Shown here: positions 1 through 10,138 of the stretch, one piece after another
Layout of the letters: every line of letters begins with the position of its first letter
Position numbering within the stretch: the first letter of the stretch is position 1
IMG/VR virus record: IMGVR_UViG_3300044551_000092
Coordinates: 142,291 to 206,290 of that record
DNA from: a virus
Lineage: Duplodnaviria > Caudoviricetes
Direction: 5' to 3' (one strand)
Length of the DNA stretch: 64,000 bases
Program-made: the position numbers and the translations under genes
The notes under the pieces: generated by a model
What the model saw: the letters and a program-made list of their open reading frames with translations, nothing else
The model's database searches: none
What the model was told of the DNA's origin: nothing

Positions 1-27
1 ATGATGATATAATGAGGAGGAAGTAAA

Positions 28-1077
28 ATGCCAGTATCAGAACAACGAGATGTCATTCCCTTTGTTAATAACTTGGAAAAAGAAATTAATAATCTAAATA
101 TATCTGTTTCAAGTTGGATTCAATCTGAGGATCGGATCAATGCTAAAATAAAAGATGTCGATGCAAATACCTATCGCTCACAAACGGCTGTTGTAAAGGC
201 GGATGAGGCTATTTCAGAAGTCAATAATGCAACGGTGGGGATTGTAGCGAACCGTGGTCAGCGCCTTGCTGCACTGCTTCAGCAAATGCGTGAGCAGATC
301 TTAGAGGCAGCTGCCAATCAAGAGAAAAAGGGCGGCGGTACCGGTGCTTATGATAAACGAATCAATTCAGAGATTGATAACGCAGTAGCTCAAATCAGTC
401 CTTTTGTGAAGGATGGTCTAAAATTAGATTATCGCTTTAAAAGCTTAGAAAAATTAGCAAATAACGCATTAAAAGAACTGATACTGCCCTATAAAATAAC
501 AGCTGAAGCAAATGGAACAGAATATGATCTACCAGCCATTGAAAATGTAACGCCAATTGAAGGGACGGTTACTATCCTTAATCAAGACCTAATTCCTTTA
601 TTTACGAATGATCACAGTAATCTAATTGCAGGCGAGCTGAATAGCGATGGCCATATCTTATTCAATAATGAGATCCATCAGACGGTGAACTTGTATTTCC
701 CGGCAAAAATTGCATTCAACAATATTCCGAAAGATTTTGTAATGATTACCGTTGAAATGATGCTTGAGAAAAATAGTAAGTTAATGAAAAGCATTCTAAC
801 GTTTCAAGAAACTTTAGATAAACTCATAAATACGGTGGAACAAATGCAAGGAGCCCATTGGACAGCAGATTTATCCATCGTTAAAAATCATCAGGATATT
901 ATCAAAGAAAAGATTACGCCAAAAAGCTTAGGCGTAGAAGTTAAAGATGGCATAGCTAACGTCAGCTTTGCCTATGAAGATAATGATTTTTTGAGCCATT
1001 TTATTTGTGAGAAATATGATGATGAAGCTAAAACATGGAAACCATATGATGGTGCTGAGGGCATCATTCCAAAGTAA
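28..1077 (+). CDS. Hypothetical protein, probable virion structural protein
   Basis: 349 aa, RBS GAGGAGG, coiled-coil N-terminal half; first gene of the structural-like run. Confidence 0.5.
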   Translation: MPVSEQRDVIPFVNNLEKEINNLNISVSSWIQSEDRINAKIKDVDANTYRSQTAVVKADEAISEVNNATVGIVANRGQRLAALLQQMREQILEAAANQEKKGGGTGAYDKRINSEIDNAVAQISPFVKDGLKLDYRFKSLEKLANNALKELILPYKITAEANGTEYDLPAIENVTPIEGTVTILNQDLIPLFTNDHSNLIAGELNSDGHILFNNEIHQTVNLYFPAKIAFNNIPKDFVMITVEMMLEKNSKLMKSILTFQETLDKLINTVEQMQGAHWTADLSIVKNHQDIIKEKITPKSLGVEVKDGIANVSFAYEDNDFLSHFICEKYDDEAKTWKPYDGAEGIIPK

Positions 1078-1109
1078 AAACATTTGCCCGAAGATTGAGG
1101 GGAATTTCA

Positions 1110-3572
1110 ATGAGCAGCCAATTCCTAAATGATTTTCTCTTAACGATGCCAGAGATTCAGCGAAAAAAGATATTGGAATTGCTGGAATTAAAGCAACAAA
1201 AAGGTTTTATCAAATCAGATGAAGAATTTCAACAAGAACTTAATCGTTTAATGAAAGATCTTGAAAAATATAACGGTCAGCCGACATTCAACCCGATTTC
1301 GCAAAGCGGCCGTACAAACTCAGATGCTTATAATCAGAATATGAACGCGATTCTGTTTGATTTAAAAACTTTGTTTGATGCTTCGAGTCAAATTGATCAG
1401 TTGATTGACGATAACCAACGCATCTCGCTATCAAAGTTGTCCGACCTGCAAAAACAGGTTCAGACTCTAACGGCACAGGTTGATAAATTTAAATTACTGA
1501 TCAATTATTCCAATGCTTTTGATGATGTCATTTATGAGCAGTTCAAAATCCCTGATTATCAGGAAACGGATAAAACTGTACTCAATGAATTGCGAGTAGA
1601 TCGGTTCGGCGAGCAACGCCCAGAAACATATGATGCCGAAAGCGATGGCAACAGCCTGCATCTCGCATCTTTTCAGACCCTTGATCAACTAAAGACCAGC
1701 TATGGGAAAAAAACGGCACAGATCAGTGTAAAAAATCGCACTGGTCTTGTTGCATCGAGTACTGAGCATGCGATCGATCAAGCCATTGATGGATCGATCG
1801 ATACATTCTGGGCTGAAAATGTAATTGTCGATGACACCATCAATCAAGACATCGACAATCTCTGGGCTAATGACTACAACGGCTATCCGAAGTCTGGCGC
1901 ACTGTGTGAAATTGAAATTATCCTGAATAGTGTCACAGCGGTATCTGAAGTAGATTTCTCACCTTTTACTAACTATCCGCTGGAAGTCGTTAGTATACTT
2001 GGCTATGAAGCACAGGGCACTCAAAGCAAAGTTCATGAGTTGATTTCACCGAATCATACAAATTTATATCAGCGAAGTCAGAAATCAACCGGTAAGATGA
2101 TTTTTCAATTTCCGGAAGTCAACATTAAAAAACTGCTTATTCTTATCCGACAGGAAAATTACGTCAAAGAAAACTATATTGTTACAAATGATCAGAAAAA
2201 CAATCAGCAGCTTTGGGATAATATGGGCTCGACAGACCAATTTCTTTATGATGAACGAGATCCTGACGAAACGATAGCTGAATTCAATAAAAAGAATGAG
2301 GTAACCGGCTGGAATGTTTATCTACAGAAACTGAAGGAATGGGCAGTTACTGTCAAAGATAGTTCTTTACTTCAAGCAGCTGAAAAGGCTCTTAAAATTA
2401 TTCAAAACGGGGATTATAAGAATCCCTTACTGCTCCAATTACAAACGATTTCAGACAAATCTTGGACCGGGAAAAAGGGCGTAAGTGTACCGAATGTCCC
2501 CGAACTTTCCGAACAGTGGTTGGCTGTAAATAAGGTTTCATATTTGTATGGCGCCTATGATATTGGCGTTTTTTCTAAAAAATACTTGGACAATTCAATC
2601 TATATTTCACAGGAATTGCCCTTTAAAAACAATCCAAAACGATTAGCTTTAACCACTGAAGAGCAAAACGTTGCTATTCAGGTAGATATGGAGCACAGCA
2701 CTTACGTCACTGATATTGAATATTATCTGGCATTTAATGAACATCCAAAGCAAGAAAACTGGTATGCAATACTTCCAACAAATAAACCATACGTACAGGG
2801 TGAACTGCTTTGTGGGCTTAGAAATACTCATACAATTAACGATCAGATTGAGTTCGACCCAGAGGTTGTAAGTTTCACATTGCGTTTTCCTTATTTATCA
2901 AAGGATACGGTAACGATTCGAAGGAATGGGCAGCCCATGCTTTCTAATATGTTTGATCTTTCTGATGACGGGACAACGGTCTCAATTAAACGAGAATTCT
3001 ATTCGCCGGCAAGTATCTACACGGCCGATTATAGGCCCGTAGAAAGTGCATTCTATATTGACGTGAACGAGGATGTCGGCCTTACTCCGATGCAATTCAA
3101 AATGAAAGACGGCACGATCGGGGAGCATTTTGAAGTTGCTGATGCGAATAACAAAATTACCTTGTCTCATTTGCCTTATATCTTCCGGGAGCAGATTTTC
3201 TCGATGAATGATGGCGATCAATCCTATAAAGAAAACACGTCGCATTACACTTCTGACGATATGTATTATCCCATCATTGTTCGGGTAAATGGGGAAGAAT
3301 ATAAGAATATTACAGATTATGCGACCAATTCCTATAACCAAGAACGATTAAAAGAGAATAATGGGAAGTGCTTTGCTCAAATTAACGATCAAGTGATTTT
3401 CGGCAGATCCAACACCGATCTTAAAGATATACAAGTCGATTACTATTTTATGAAAACAAATATCCGCCTTAAAGCTATTTTAAGACGTAATCATAATCTT
3501 GATGAAAGTATTACACCGCATCTTTACAATTGGCAGCTGCGGAGCCAGACAACAAATATTAAAGATGCCTAA
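1110..3572 (+). CDS. Large putative virion (baseplate/tail appendage) protein, paralogue family member
   Basis: RBS GAGGGG before ATG 1110. Shares GxPxF..S..YN..DL N-terminal motif, discoidin-like AIDGSIDTFW and C-terminal TPxL motif with neighbours. Confidence 0.55.
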   Translation: MSSQFLNDFLLTMPEIQRKKILELLELKQQKGFIKSDEEFQQELNRLMKDLEKYNGQPTFNPISQSGRTNSDAYNQNMNAILFDLKTLFDASSQIDQLIDDNQRISLSKLSDLQKQVQTLTAQVDKFKLLINYSNAFDDVIYEQFKIPDYQETDKTVLNELRVDRFGEQRPETYDAESDGNSLHLASFQTLDQLKTSYGKKTAQISVKNRTGLVASSTEHAIDQAIDGSIDTFWAENVIVDDTINQDIDNLWANDYNGYPKSGALCEIEIILNSVTAVSEVDFSPFTNYPLEVVSILGYEAQGTQSKVHELISPNHTNLYQRSQKSTGKMIFQFPEVNIKKLLILIRQENYVKENYIVTNDQKNNQQLWDNMGSTDQFLYDERDPDETIAEFNKKNEVTGWNVYLQKLKEWAVTVKDSSLLQAAEKALKIIQNGDYKNPLLLQLQTISDKSWTGKKGVSVPNVPELSEQWLAVNKVSYLYGAYDIGVFSKKYLDNSIYISQELPFKNNPKRLALTTEEQNVAIQVDMEHSTYVTDIEYYLAFNEHPKQENWYAILPTNKPYVQGELLCGLRNTHTINDQIEFDPEVVSFTLRFPYLSKDTVTIRRNGQPMLSNMFDLSDDGTTVSIKREFYSPASIYTADYRPVESAFYIDVNEDVGLTPMQFKMKDGTIGEHFEVADANNKITLSHLPYIFREQIFSMNDGDQSYKENTSHYTSDDMYYPIIVRVNGEEYKNITDYATNSYNQERLKENNGKCFAQINDQVIFGRSNTDLKDIQVDYYFMKTNIRLKAILRRNHNLDESITPHLYNWQLRSQTTNIKDA

Positions 3573-3584
3573 GGGGTGTCATCA

Positions 3585-6296
3585 GTGGCACAGACAAGCA
3601 ATAATTCAGAACTGCTTTATCAACAAGCAAAAACATTATTTGACCAAGCCAAAGCTAAATTCGATGATGGAACCATTCAAACGGAGCCCCAACTCGTACA
3701 AGAAGTATTTCAATCTTTTCAGAAATTCTTTACGTCAATTGGGAAACCGAGTTTTGTGCCGCGTTATGCAACTGAAAACGGTCCGCTCTGGTCAGAAGAC
3801 TTTAATTCAATGATGGATGAAATTCGTATAGATTTAGAAATTCTCTATCGTGAAGCGGATCTATTGGGTGATGCCCTTTATACGGATTTTAATCATCATT
3901 CGGTTCAATACACGGCAGTTAAGCAACAATTTTCAGAGGTCAATGATAAACTCAAGGATTTAGAAATATATTCAAAGTACACGACTGACGGGATGCTACA
4001 ATTTGGTCGTGATGACTTTTTTAATTCTGATCGTATTGATTATGATAAGATTTCAGGAAAGCCTCTTGAAATTCATAACGGTATCCTGACTTTGCCGACC
4101 AAGGAGGGCGCGTCTAATGCGGCCGCAGACGCGCAGATTTCGATTGTAACGGGTAATAAATCGTTTGGTGACTACATACTGGGCTCCGAGTCAAACGGCT
4201 TTCCAGGCAACAATGCGGAGGTTTCCGTGGTTGCTGATCCATACCTAACCAATGGAGACAGTTACTTCTTTGTCTCGCGCGATAACAATCATGGAAATTA
4301 CGGTGCGGTGCTCGACGGGGATGCTAATACGTGGTTTGAATACGAACGGGTAAACGTGCGCGATCAAGAGAAAATCAGGGTGGCGAAGAATTTAGGTTGG
4401 GAATATCAGGTCTATGAAAATAAAACAATACCCTTTGCTAAAGATCCAGAGAATGGAAGACTCAAACTTCATCTTCAAATTATGCTTAAAAAAGAAACAA
4501 TTATTAATCAAATCAATGTGAATATGTATACGCCGCCAAATTATGGGGCGCGGACTGCAAACATTAAAGACATTACCGTTGCAGCAGAAAACGGAATCCC
4601 AGAATCCATTCTATCAAGTGTAACAAAAGATGGTTATTCTTTTCACTTTGAGCCTCGTAAAGTAAAAGTTGTACATATCCTTTTCGAACAGTCACAAAAA
4701 TATATGACCGATATTGGTCATCTCTATTTCAAAAAGAAAATCACAACGAAGAAAAACGGTGACTACGTCTTTGATACGCTGAATCAGAACTATCAGGACG
4801 ATCAGGCAACGCGACTCGACGGGCCGAAGATCAGCCTTACGGATCTCGGTGTCAAAGTAGACGTAAAAAATACCGATGTCAGTGCCTACTATCCGGTCAA
4901 GGGAGAAAACAGTGATGCCATCTCGCTGCAGGAGATCGTCAACCGGATCACGGGAGATATTGATCTAGATACTGTCGATATGGGTATTGAACGCTTTGAG
5001 GGCTGGCGCTACTGTATTGGAGTTCAGGATATTGAGATTCTGTCAGCGGAATATGAAACCGAAGGAGAGCTTGTCACCAAGCCGATCTATTTTGAGAAAC
5101 CGCTGGATAAGATTTCTTTATCAACCGAAAGTGTCCTTCCTGATTTCATTAAAGAAAATCCCGACATTAAATATGACTGGCTAAAATTTTTTATCAGTAT
5201 CGACGATGGTTCGACTTGGAATCCGATTACGCCGCTTGAGTATGAAACGATGAGCATGGATGATCCGCCCAAAATTTATACAATTCATCAAGTGCAAGAT
5301 AGCGATGCAAAGTTATCTGATAAAGGCTACTTAGAATCAGTAACTCCCGTATACAGTATCCGTTTACGAATTGTTCTGTCACGGCCTGAAGATGCTGAAA
5401 TATCTTCAATGGGTGCTTCAACTGTTACGCCATATCATAGCTATTCAACGCCAAAATTAAACAATTATTTGATTCAAGCCTCGACGCGAGAGATTGATTT
5501 AAATACGGAAGCATTGGATCAAATTAAAAATCTCAACGTGGAGCCAACTTACCCAACTCATGAATACACGCCTCCGACGGTTATTCCTAATCCAATTCCT
5601 GAAGATCCGACACCTCCGCCGCCTCCGGCACCGCCGGATGACCATGTGGATCCAAATCCGGAGACACCGCCACCAACTTCTAATTTAAAAGTCATCATGG
5701 ATAATAAAGTCGCGGAATGGTGCAGCAATAAAGATTTAACGGTTGTGGGTTCAATTACCAGCAATCTAAATCTAAAAAATGCAATATTACTGATTAATGG
5801 TCAAGAAATCAAAAACGAATCGTTAAATAATATAAAGGAGTATGCCTTTAACTGGACAATTACTTCTAAACAATTACAGGATTTAGGATTTGACATCGAT
5901 GATCAAGTTTTCATTCAAGTGGGCGGCACCGATGAACTTAAAACAGGAAGCGACAATGAAACGGTCACGCTTATTGATTGCTCAACACCTCCACCGCCGA
6001 ATGATTGTTGGGAATTTGATAAACTATTCGTTCATTACTATAATCCAACCAGTCAAAAGATGGAGCAGATTGAACTTTCCGCTACTGTTTTACCTTATAC
6101 TGCAAGTCTGTCTGATGGGACACAAGCTATTATTGGTTGGAATCAAGCAAATTCATCAGCCTCAATTACACTACGTAGTGGAAAATTTATTGTCGATGGT
6201 GTTGGCGTTCATTATATTGATTTTAATAATAATGAAAAAACAGTCTGGAGTTCGACGGCATCAGGCAATATTCCACCAGATACCCCACTGAGTTAA
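3585..6296 (+). CDS. Large putative virion protein, paralogue family member with Pro-rich linker and extra C-terminal domains
   Basis: GKPSFVP..SEDFN..DL, AVLDGDANTWF, TPKL, then a PTPPPPPAPP linker and beta-rich domains. GTG 3585 follows AAGGGG (track start 3576). Confidence 0.55.
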   Translation: MAQTSNNSELLYQQAKTLFDQAKAKFDDGTIQTEPQLVQEVFQSFQKFFTSIGKPSFVPRYATENGPLWSEDFNSMMDEIRIDLEILYREADLLGDALYTDFNHHSVQYTAVKQQFSEVNDKLKDLEIYSKYTTDGMLQFGRDDFFNSDRIDYDKISGKPLEIHNGILTLPTKEGASNAAADAQISIVTGNKSFGDYILGSESNGFPGNNAEVSVVADPYLTNGDSYFFVSRDNNHGNYGAVLDGDANTWFEYERVNVRDQEKIRVAKNLGWEYQVYENKTIPFAKDPENGRLKLHLQIMLKKETIINQINVNMYTPPNYGARTANIKDITVAAENGIPESILSSVTKDGYSFHFEPRKVKVVHILFEQSQKYMTDIGHLYFKKKITTKKNGDYVFDTLNQNYQDDQATRLDGPKISLTDLGVKVDVKNTDVSAYYPVKGENSDAISLQEIVNRITGDIDLDTVDMGIERFEGWRYCIGVQDIEILSAEYETEGELVTKPIYFEKPLDKISLSTESVLPDFIKENPDIKYDWLKFFISIDDGSTWNPITPLEYETMSMDDPPKIYTIHQVQDSDAKLSDKGYLESVTPVYSIRLRIVLSRPEDAEISSMGASTVTPYHSYSTPKLNNYLIQASTREIDLNTEALDQIKNLNVEPTYPTHEYTPPTVIPNPIPEDPTPPPPPAPPDDHVDPNPETPPPTSNLKVIMDNKVAEWCSNKDLTVVGSITSNLNLKNAILLINGQEIKNESLNNIKEYAFNWTITSKQLQDLGFDIDDQVFIQVGGTDELKTGSDNETVTLIDCSTPPPPNDCWEFDKLFVHYYNPTSQKMEQIELSATVLPYTASLSDGTQAIIGWNQANSSASITLRSGKFIVDGVGVHYIDFNNNEKTVWSSTASGNIPPDTPLS

Positions 6297-6313
6297 AAAG
6301 GAGCAACGTTGTT

Positions 6314-7450
6314 ATGAGTATACAGCATGCGGAATTAATGACGGGTGATCCCGAGCCGAAACAATCGGCTCCTTGGATTAATGAAATTAAAAGCAATCAA
6401 CTAGGAAATGCACCGTTGCTTTCCGGAACAGGGACCATTGCTTACTATACATTCGGTTCAGATTGGAATAAAAATCAATGCGGGAACGGTGTTCTGTACG
6501 ATCCCACTGATCAGGATTTCAATCCTCCCGAAGTCAATTTTAATCAAGTACCTAGCTCAATTCCATATCACATGTTGGTTGACGGGCATTATCAAGTCCA
6601 TATGACTGCTCACGATGATAAATTGCTTGATGCTGTAAGAGCAGCATATGGAAGTGTCCAAATTGTAGACGAGAAGGATATCGGCGTCAATCAAAAAGAA
6701 TATGAATTATTAATTCCTGTAACAGTTCCGCCTAAAAAGTTACTTCAAGCTGCAAGAATTGCGGACATTGTTTTTATATTCGATACATCTGGAAGCATGG
6801 AAGATAATATTGACAATGTTAAAGCAAATATTCAGGAATTTATTAACTATTTTAAATCACATAATATTGAAGCTTATATGGGTGTTATGACGACTTGGTA
6901 TGACGGAGACATCGTTAAGCATAATCTACTGCCGGCTGATCAAGTTAACATTGATGATGTGCATGTGGACGGCAGGGACAAAAGCGGCCTGGAAGAAGAG
7001 CAAGGGTGGCGGAGTTTTACAGACAGCAATTATGGATTACCCTATTTTTATTCTGAGTTTCATTCGAACTCAATTCGTCATTGTATCATGCTTACTGACG
7101 CCCGTTTTCGCGATGACATTCCAAACGATTTAATTAGTGCCTTGAAGTCGAAAGACGTGATTGTCTCAATGATTTGTGATCCGAATAATAATAAAAGTTC
7201 GAGTGGGCAGGCGGAATTTACTATCCTATCTCATGACACCGGCGGAAAAGAATACGATATTTTTAATGCCAATTTTTCAGATCAAATGCTGCAGATCGCA
7301 GATCAAATCGTAAATTCAGCCATTTATGGAATAGATGATACATCAATTACAGTCAGTGGCCACGCCACGGACCTGTCCGGCAATGAAGGTTCAAATTCAA
7401 CAGTATTGAATTTTCATGCTGACAATGTGGATCTGGGTGAAGAATCATGA
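6314..7450 (+). CDS. von Willebrand factor A (vWA) domain protein
   Basis: DIVFIFDTSGSM (MIDAS DxSxS), later IMLTDA and TGG motifs typical of vWA. Confidence 0.8.
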   Translation: MSIQHAELMTGDPEPKQSAPWINEIKSNQLGNAPLLSGTGTIAYYTFGSDWNKNQCGNGVLYDPTDQDFNPPEVNFNQVPSSIPYHMLVDGHYQVHMTAHDDKLLDAVRAAYGSVQIVDEKDIGVNQKEYELLIPVTVPPKKLLQAARIADIVFIFDTSGSMEDNIDNVKANIQEFINYFKSHNIEAYMGVMTTWYDGDIVKHNLLPADQVNIDDVHVDGRDKSGLEEEQGWRSFTDSNYGLPYFYSEFHSNSIRHCIMLTDARFRDDIPNDLISALKSKDVIVSMICDPNNNKSSSGQAEFTILSHDTGGKEYDIFNANFSDQMLQIADQIVNSAIYGIDDTSITVSGHATDLSGNEGSNSTVLNFHADNVDLGEES

Positions 7451-9579
7451 GTATTCGGCGTATACAAATGAGTCGAGCAATTGAACAGATCGTCAAATAT
7501 TTTCTGTTTCATGGCCGTTATCCTATCTATCAAACGATTACTCATTATTTCTCAGATTGGTTAACTCGGCACAATCCTGGAGAGCCAAGCTTTAATCCAA
7601 AACCGGCTCTAAAAAAGCAGAAGACGAGCTCAGAAAATTATAATAGTAACATTAAACAAATTGATACGGATTTGAATGATGCTTATGAGGCGACAATCGA
7701 TCAAAATAATCGCGTGATGACTAATTTTAGCGCGGTAGAAACGGAGCGGCAGAAACTAATTCAACAGTTGGACATACTTTCAAGCACGATTGACGAGCTT
7801 CTGATGGTGTCGGGCAATGCTGATTTTAAGGATTTTGACGGTAAACTGATCAGTTTCGAAAACGCAGACCAGGTCAATCAGGAAGAAAGCACGGTCCTGC
7901 TTGATTTACCGAATAAGCAAGTGACGTTGAAAGAAAACACGAACCAGGTGACCAAAGTGAAAGTCAACCCGGATCGCGTTACGTTTAAGGCACTCATGCC
8001 GGCGGAAAAGATATCGGCCTTAACTAAGCTGTCTGGCGCATTTGATGACCAGATGAACACCGCCTGGTGGCAGATCGTCAAAACCAAAACGCCGGGTTCT
8101 ACCGAAGACGAGGGTAGCTATGGTATGCGCGCACAGCTCGACATCAATTTTGACGCGCTGCAGACGATTAACGAAATTCGTTACATTGCTCACAATAACA
8201 AACCGGTCACCGTATCGATCAATTATACGATGGACGGCCAGTCGTTTAGCCCGCTGCCGGGCAAAGACTCTGCCAAGGTCGTCAACCAGACGGCAAACTG
8301 GCAATTTCAATCTATCTCGGTCAAAGGTATCCGTTTTATTTTTGAAAAAAAGGAGCATGACGACTTATCGGCAGGCATGTATCAATACTATTTTGGGGCT
8401 AAAGATATCTCGTTTTTAAATCGTTTCTATCAACAATCCGGTGTATTATATACCCAGCCGATTGCATTCTCCGACAGCGTCAAGCGTGTCACGCTTAAAG
8501 CTAAACACACCGTGCCGGCTAATACCGACATCCAGTATCAGGTGGCTCTATATGACGCGGAAATGAATCTCGACGCATTGAATTGGTATGCGATCAGTTC
8601 CTACGACGAAACCAATCCGAAGTATGCAACGATCGTACAATTTAATACGAAAAAACTACGCGTCGTCAATGCCAATAAAATAGAAAAGACTGGCGAAGTG
8701 ATTAACAGTGAGTTACTGTTTCGCCTACTCAAGCCCGACGGCGAAGGCATCGTGTCGCAGACGGATGATACGGGCGAGACCTTTGACTCACTTAAAAGCG
8801 CCCAGTTATTCCGAGGAATCAACCAATGGAAGCGGGAGAAGACATATCTTCCGTTTACCGGCGCGGTACCGCTCAATTCGCAGTGGGATCCAATCGCTGC
8901 CCAGACACCGGCACTGATAAGTGAGAAATATCTGCCGCTCTCAAACGAACTGCCGCTGAACGATAACCCGGCTGATCCGAATAGAGACAACTTCTTTCGG
9001 TTTACAATTTGTATTTATGCAGAACATGAAAATGATGCGCCACTTGGCCTTTCGATGCTGCACACAATCAATGATGAAATAAAAAAACGAATTGGGACTT
9101 ACTCCATCTATTTAAATCGTGAGCGGCTTATTACTGAAAATGATCAGGTCCAAATGCATTTTCAAAAGGGATGGAATGAAATTGTATTATTGTATTGGTT
9201 CGGGGACACACAAAAACGATCAGACTTTACTGCGGCTAGTATGCCAGTGGTGACTTATCTGGGGCAATTTAATTTTGCCGGTGAAACAAAAGTCCGTGCT
9301 GAACTGCTACCGATGACTTATACCGATGAACATAATCTGTTCTACAATATCGCACCAAATAATCATGATTACTTTACAATCCATGAACAGCAGGTCTGTT
9401 TTAACTACAACCCACAAGGTTGCAATTTTCAGTTGCTTTATGAGACTGATTTAACTTCCGGTGATCTAGAAAATGATCTAGAAAATAATCAAGTGATTGT
9501 GCGCGCTCTAATGTCTCATGAAGCGGGTATGAATGATATTACACCAGCAATAACCAATATCCAGCTTCATGGAAAGTAA
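7447..9579 (+). CDS. Large putative virion protein, paralogue family member
   Basis: GEPSFNP..SSENYN..DL, AFDDQMNTAWW, C-terminal TPAI; ATGA overlap with upstream gene. Confidence 0.55.
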   Translation: MSIRRIQMSRAIEQIVKYFLFHGRYPIYQTITHYFSDWLTRHNPGEPSFNPKPALKKQKTSSENYNSNIKQIDTDLNDAYEATIDQNNRVMTNFSAVETERQKLIQQLDILSSTIDELLMVSGNADFKDFDGKLISFENADQVNQEESTVLLDLPNKQVTLKENTNQVTKVKVNPDRVTFKALMPAEKISALTKLSGAFDDQMNTAWWQIVKTKTPGSTEDEGSYGMRAQLDINFDALQTINEIRYIAHNNKPVTVSINYTMDGQSFSPLPGKDSAKVVNQTANWQFQSISVKGIRFIFEKKEHDDLSAGMYQYYFGAKDISFLNRFYQQSGVLYTQPIAFSDSVKRVTLKAKHTVPANTDIQYQVALYDAEMNLDALNWYAISSYDETNPKYATIVQFNTKKLRVVNANKIEKTGEVINSELLFRLLKPDGEGIVSQTDDTGETFDSLKSAQLFRGINQWKREKTYLPFTGAVPLNSQWDPIAAQTPALISEKYLPLSNELPLNDNPADPNRDNFFRFTICIYAEHENDAPLGLSMLHTINDEIKKRIGTYSIYLNRERLITENDQVQMHFQKGWNEIVLLYWFGDTQKRSDFTAASMPVVTYLGQFNFAGETKVRAELLPMTYTDEHNLFYNIAPNNHDYFTIHEQQVCFNYNPQGCNFQLLYETDLTSGDLENDLENNQVIVRALMSHEAGMNDITPAITNIQLHGK

Positions 9580-9595
9580 GGAGAGAATGGGACCT

Positions 9596-10138
9596 ATGAA
9601 AAACTATAAGCTACCAAGCTTGGTGATGCGTAATGCCCGTAAAAGAGGAGAACGCGAATCTGAAAAGGTGCTTTCAATGGAACATGAATTTTGTTATGAC
9701 GTGCACGTTCAATTTCAAGACATTATTGATCAAACGAGTCGAATTCAAACCGATATCAGCAATAAGTTTCAAGGAGAATCAATCGAAAATACACAAAACT
9801 TATTGGTTTCCTATCGAAAATCTATTGCTGTTAACAAAAATCAATTAACCTATCCATTAATACAAGAAATGGCAGTGAGTTCAATTGATCATGTTGTGTT
9901 AAAATTAAAAGGTGGAGATACTATTTCACCAACTGATTACACGATTTTTAATAATAATAGTGTTACGTTTAGAAAACCAGTTGAGGGTATCATTATTGCT
10001 TCATTTATCGCAAAAGTTAGTTTTTATAACCAAAGATATAATGGCCAAGATGATCTTATAAGACGATTAAGTAACCTTAATGCAAGAATGGAACAGTTAG
10101 ACGAAAGGATTAAAGATTATGCGAATGCCAATTTCTGA
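9596..10138 (+). CDS. Hypothetical structural-region protein
   Basis: ORF in operon; N-terminus (ARKRGERESEK) resembles that of the next gene (ARFRGPTSSNE). Confidence 0.5.
   Translation: MKNYKLPSLVMRNARKRGERESEKVLSMEHEFCYDVHVQFQDIIDQTSRIQTDISNKFQGESIENTQNLLVSYRKSIAVNKNQLTYPLIQEMAVSSIDHVVLKLKGGDTISPTDYTIFNNNSVTFRKPVEGIIIASFIAKVSFYNQRYNGQDDLIRRLSNLNARMEQLDERIKDYANANF

Noticed and set aside
6230-6314. Programmed -1 frameshift joining the 906-aa and vWA ORFs
   Set aside because: No correctly phased X-XXY-YYZ slippery heptamer found, and the downstream ORF has its own SD.
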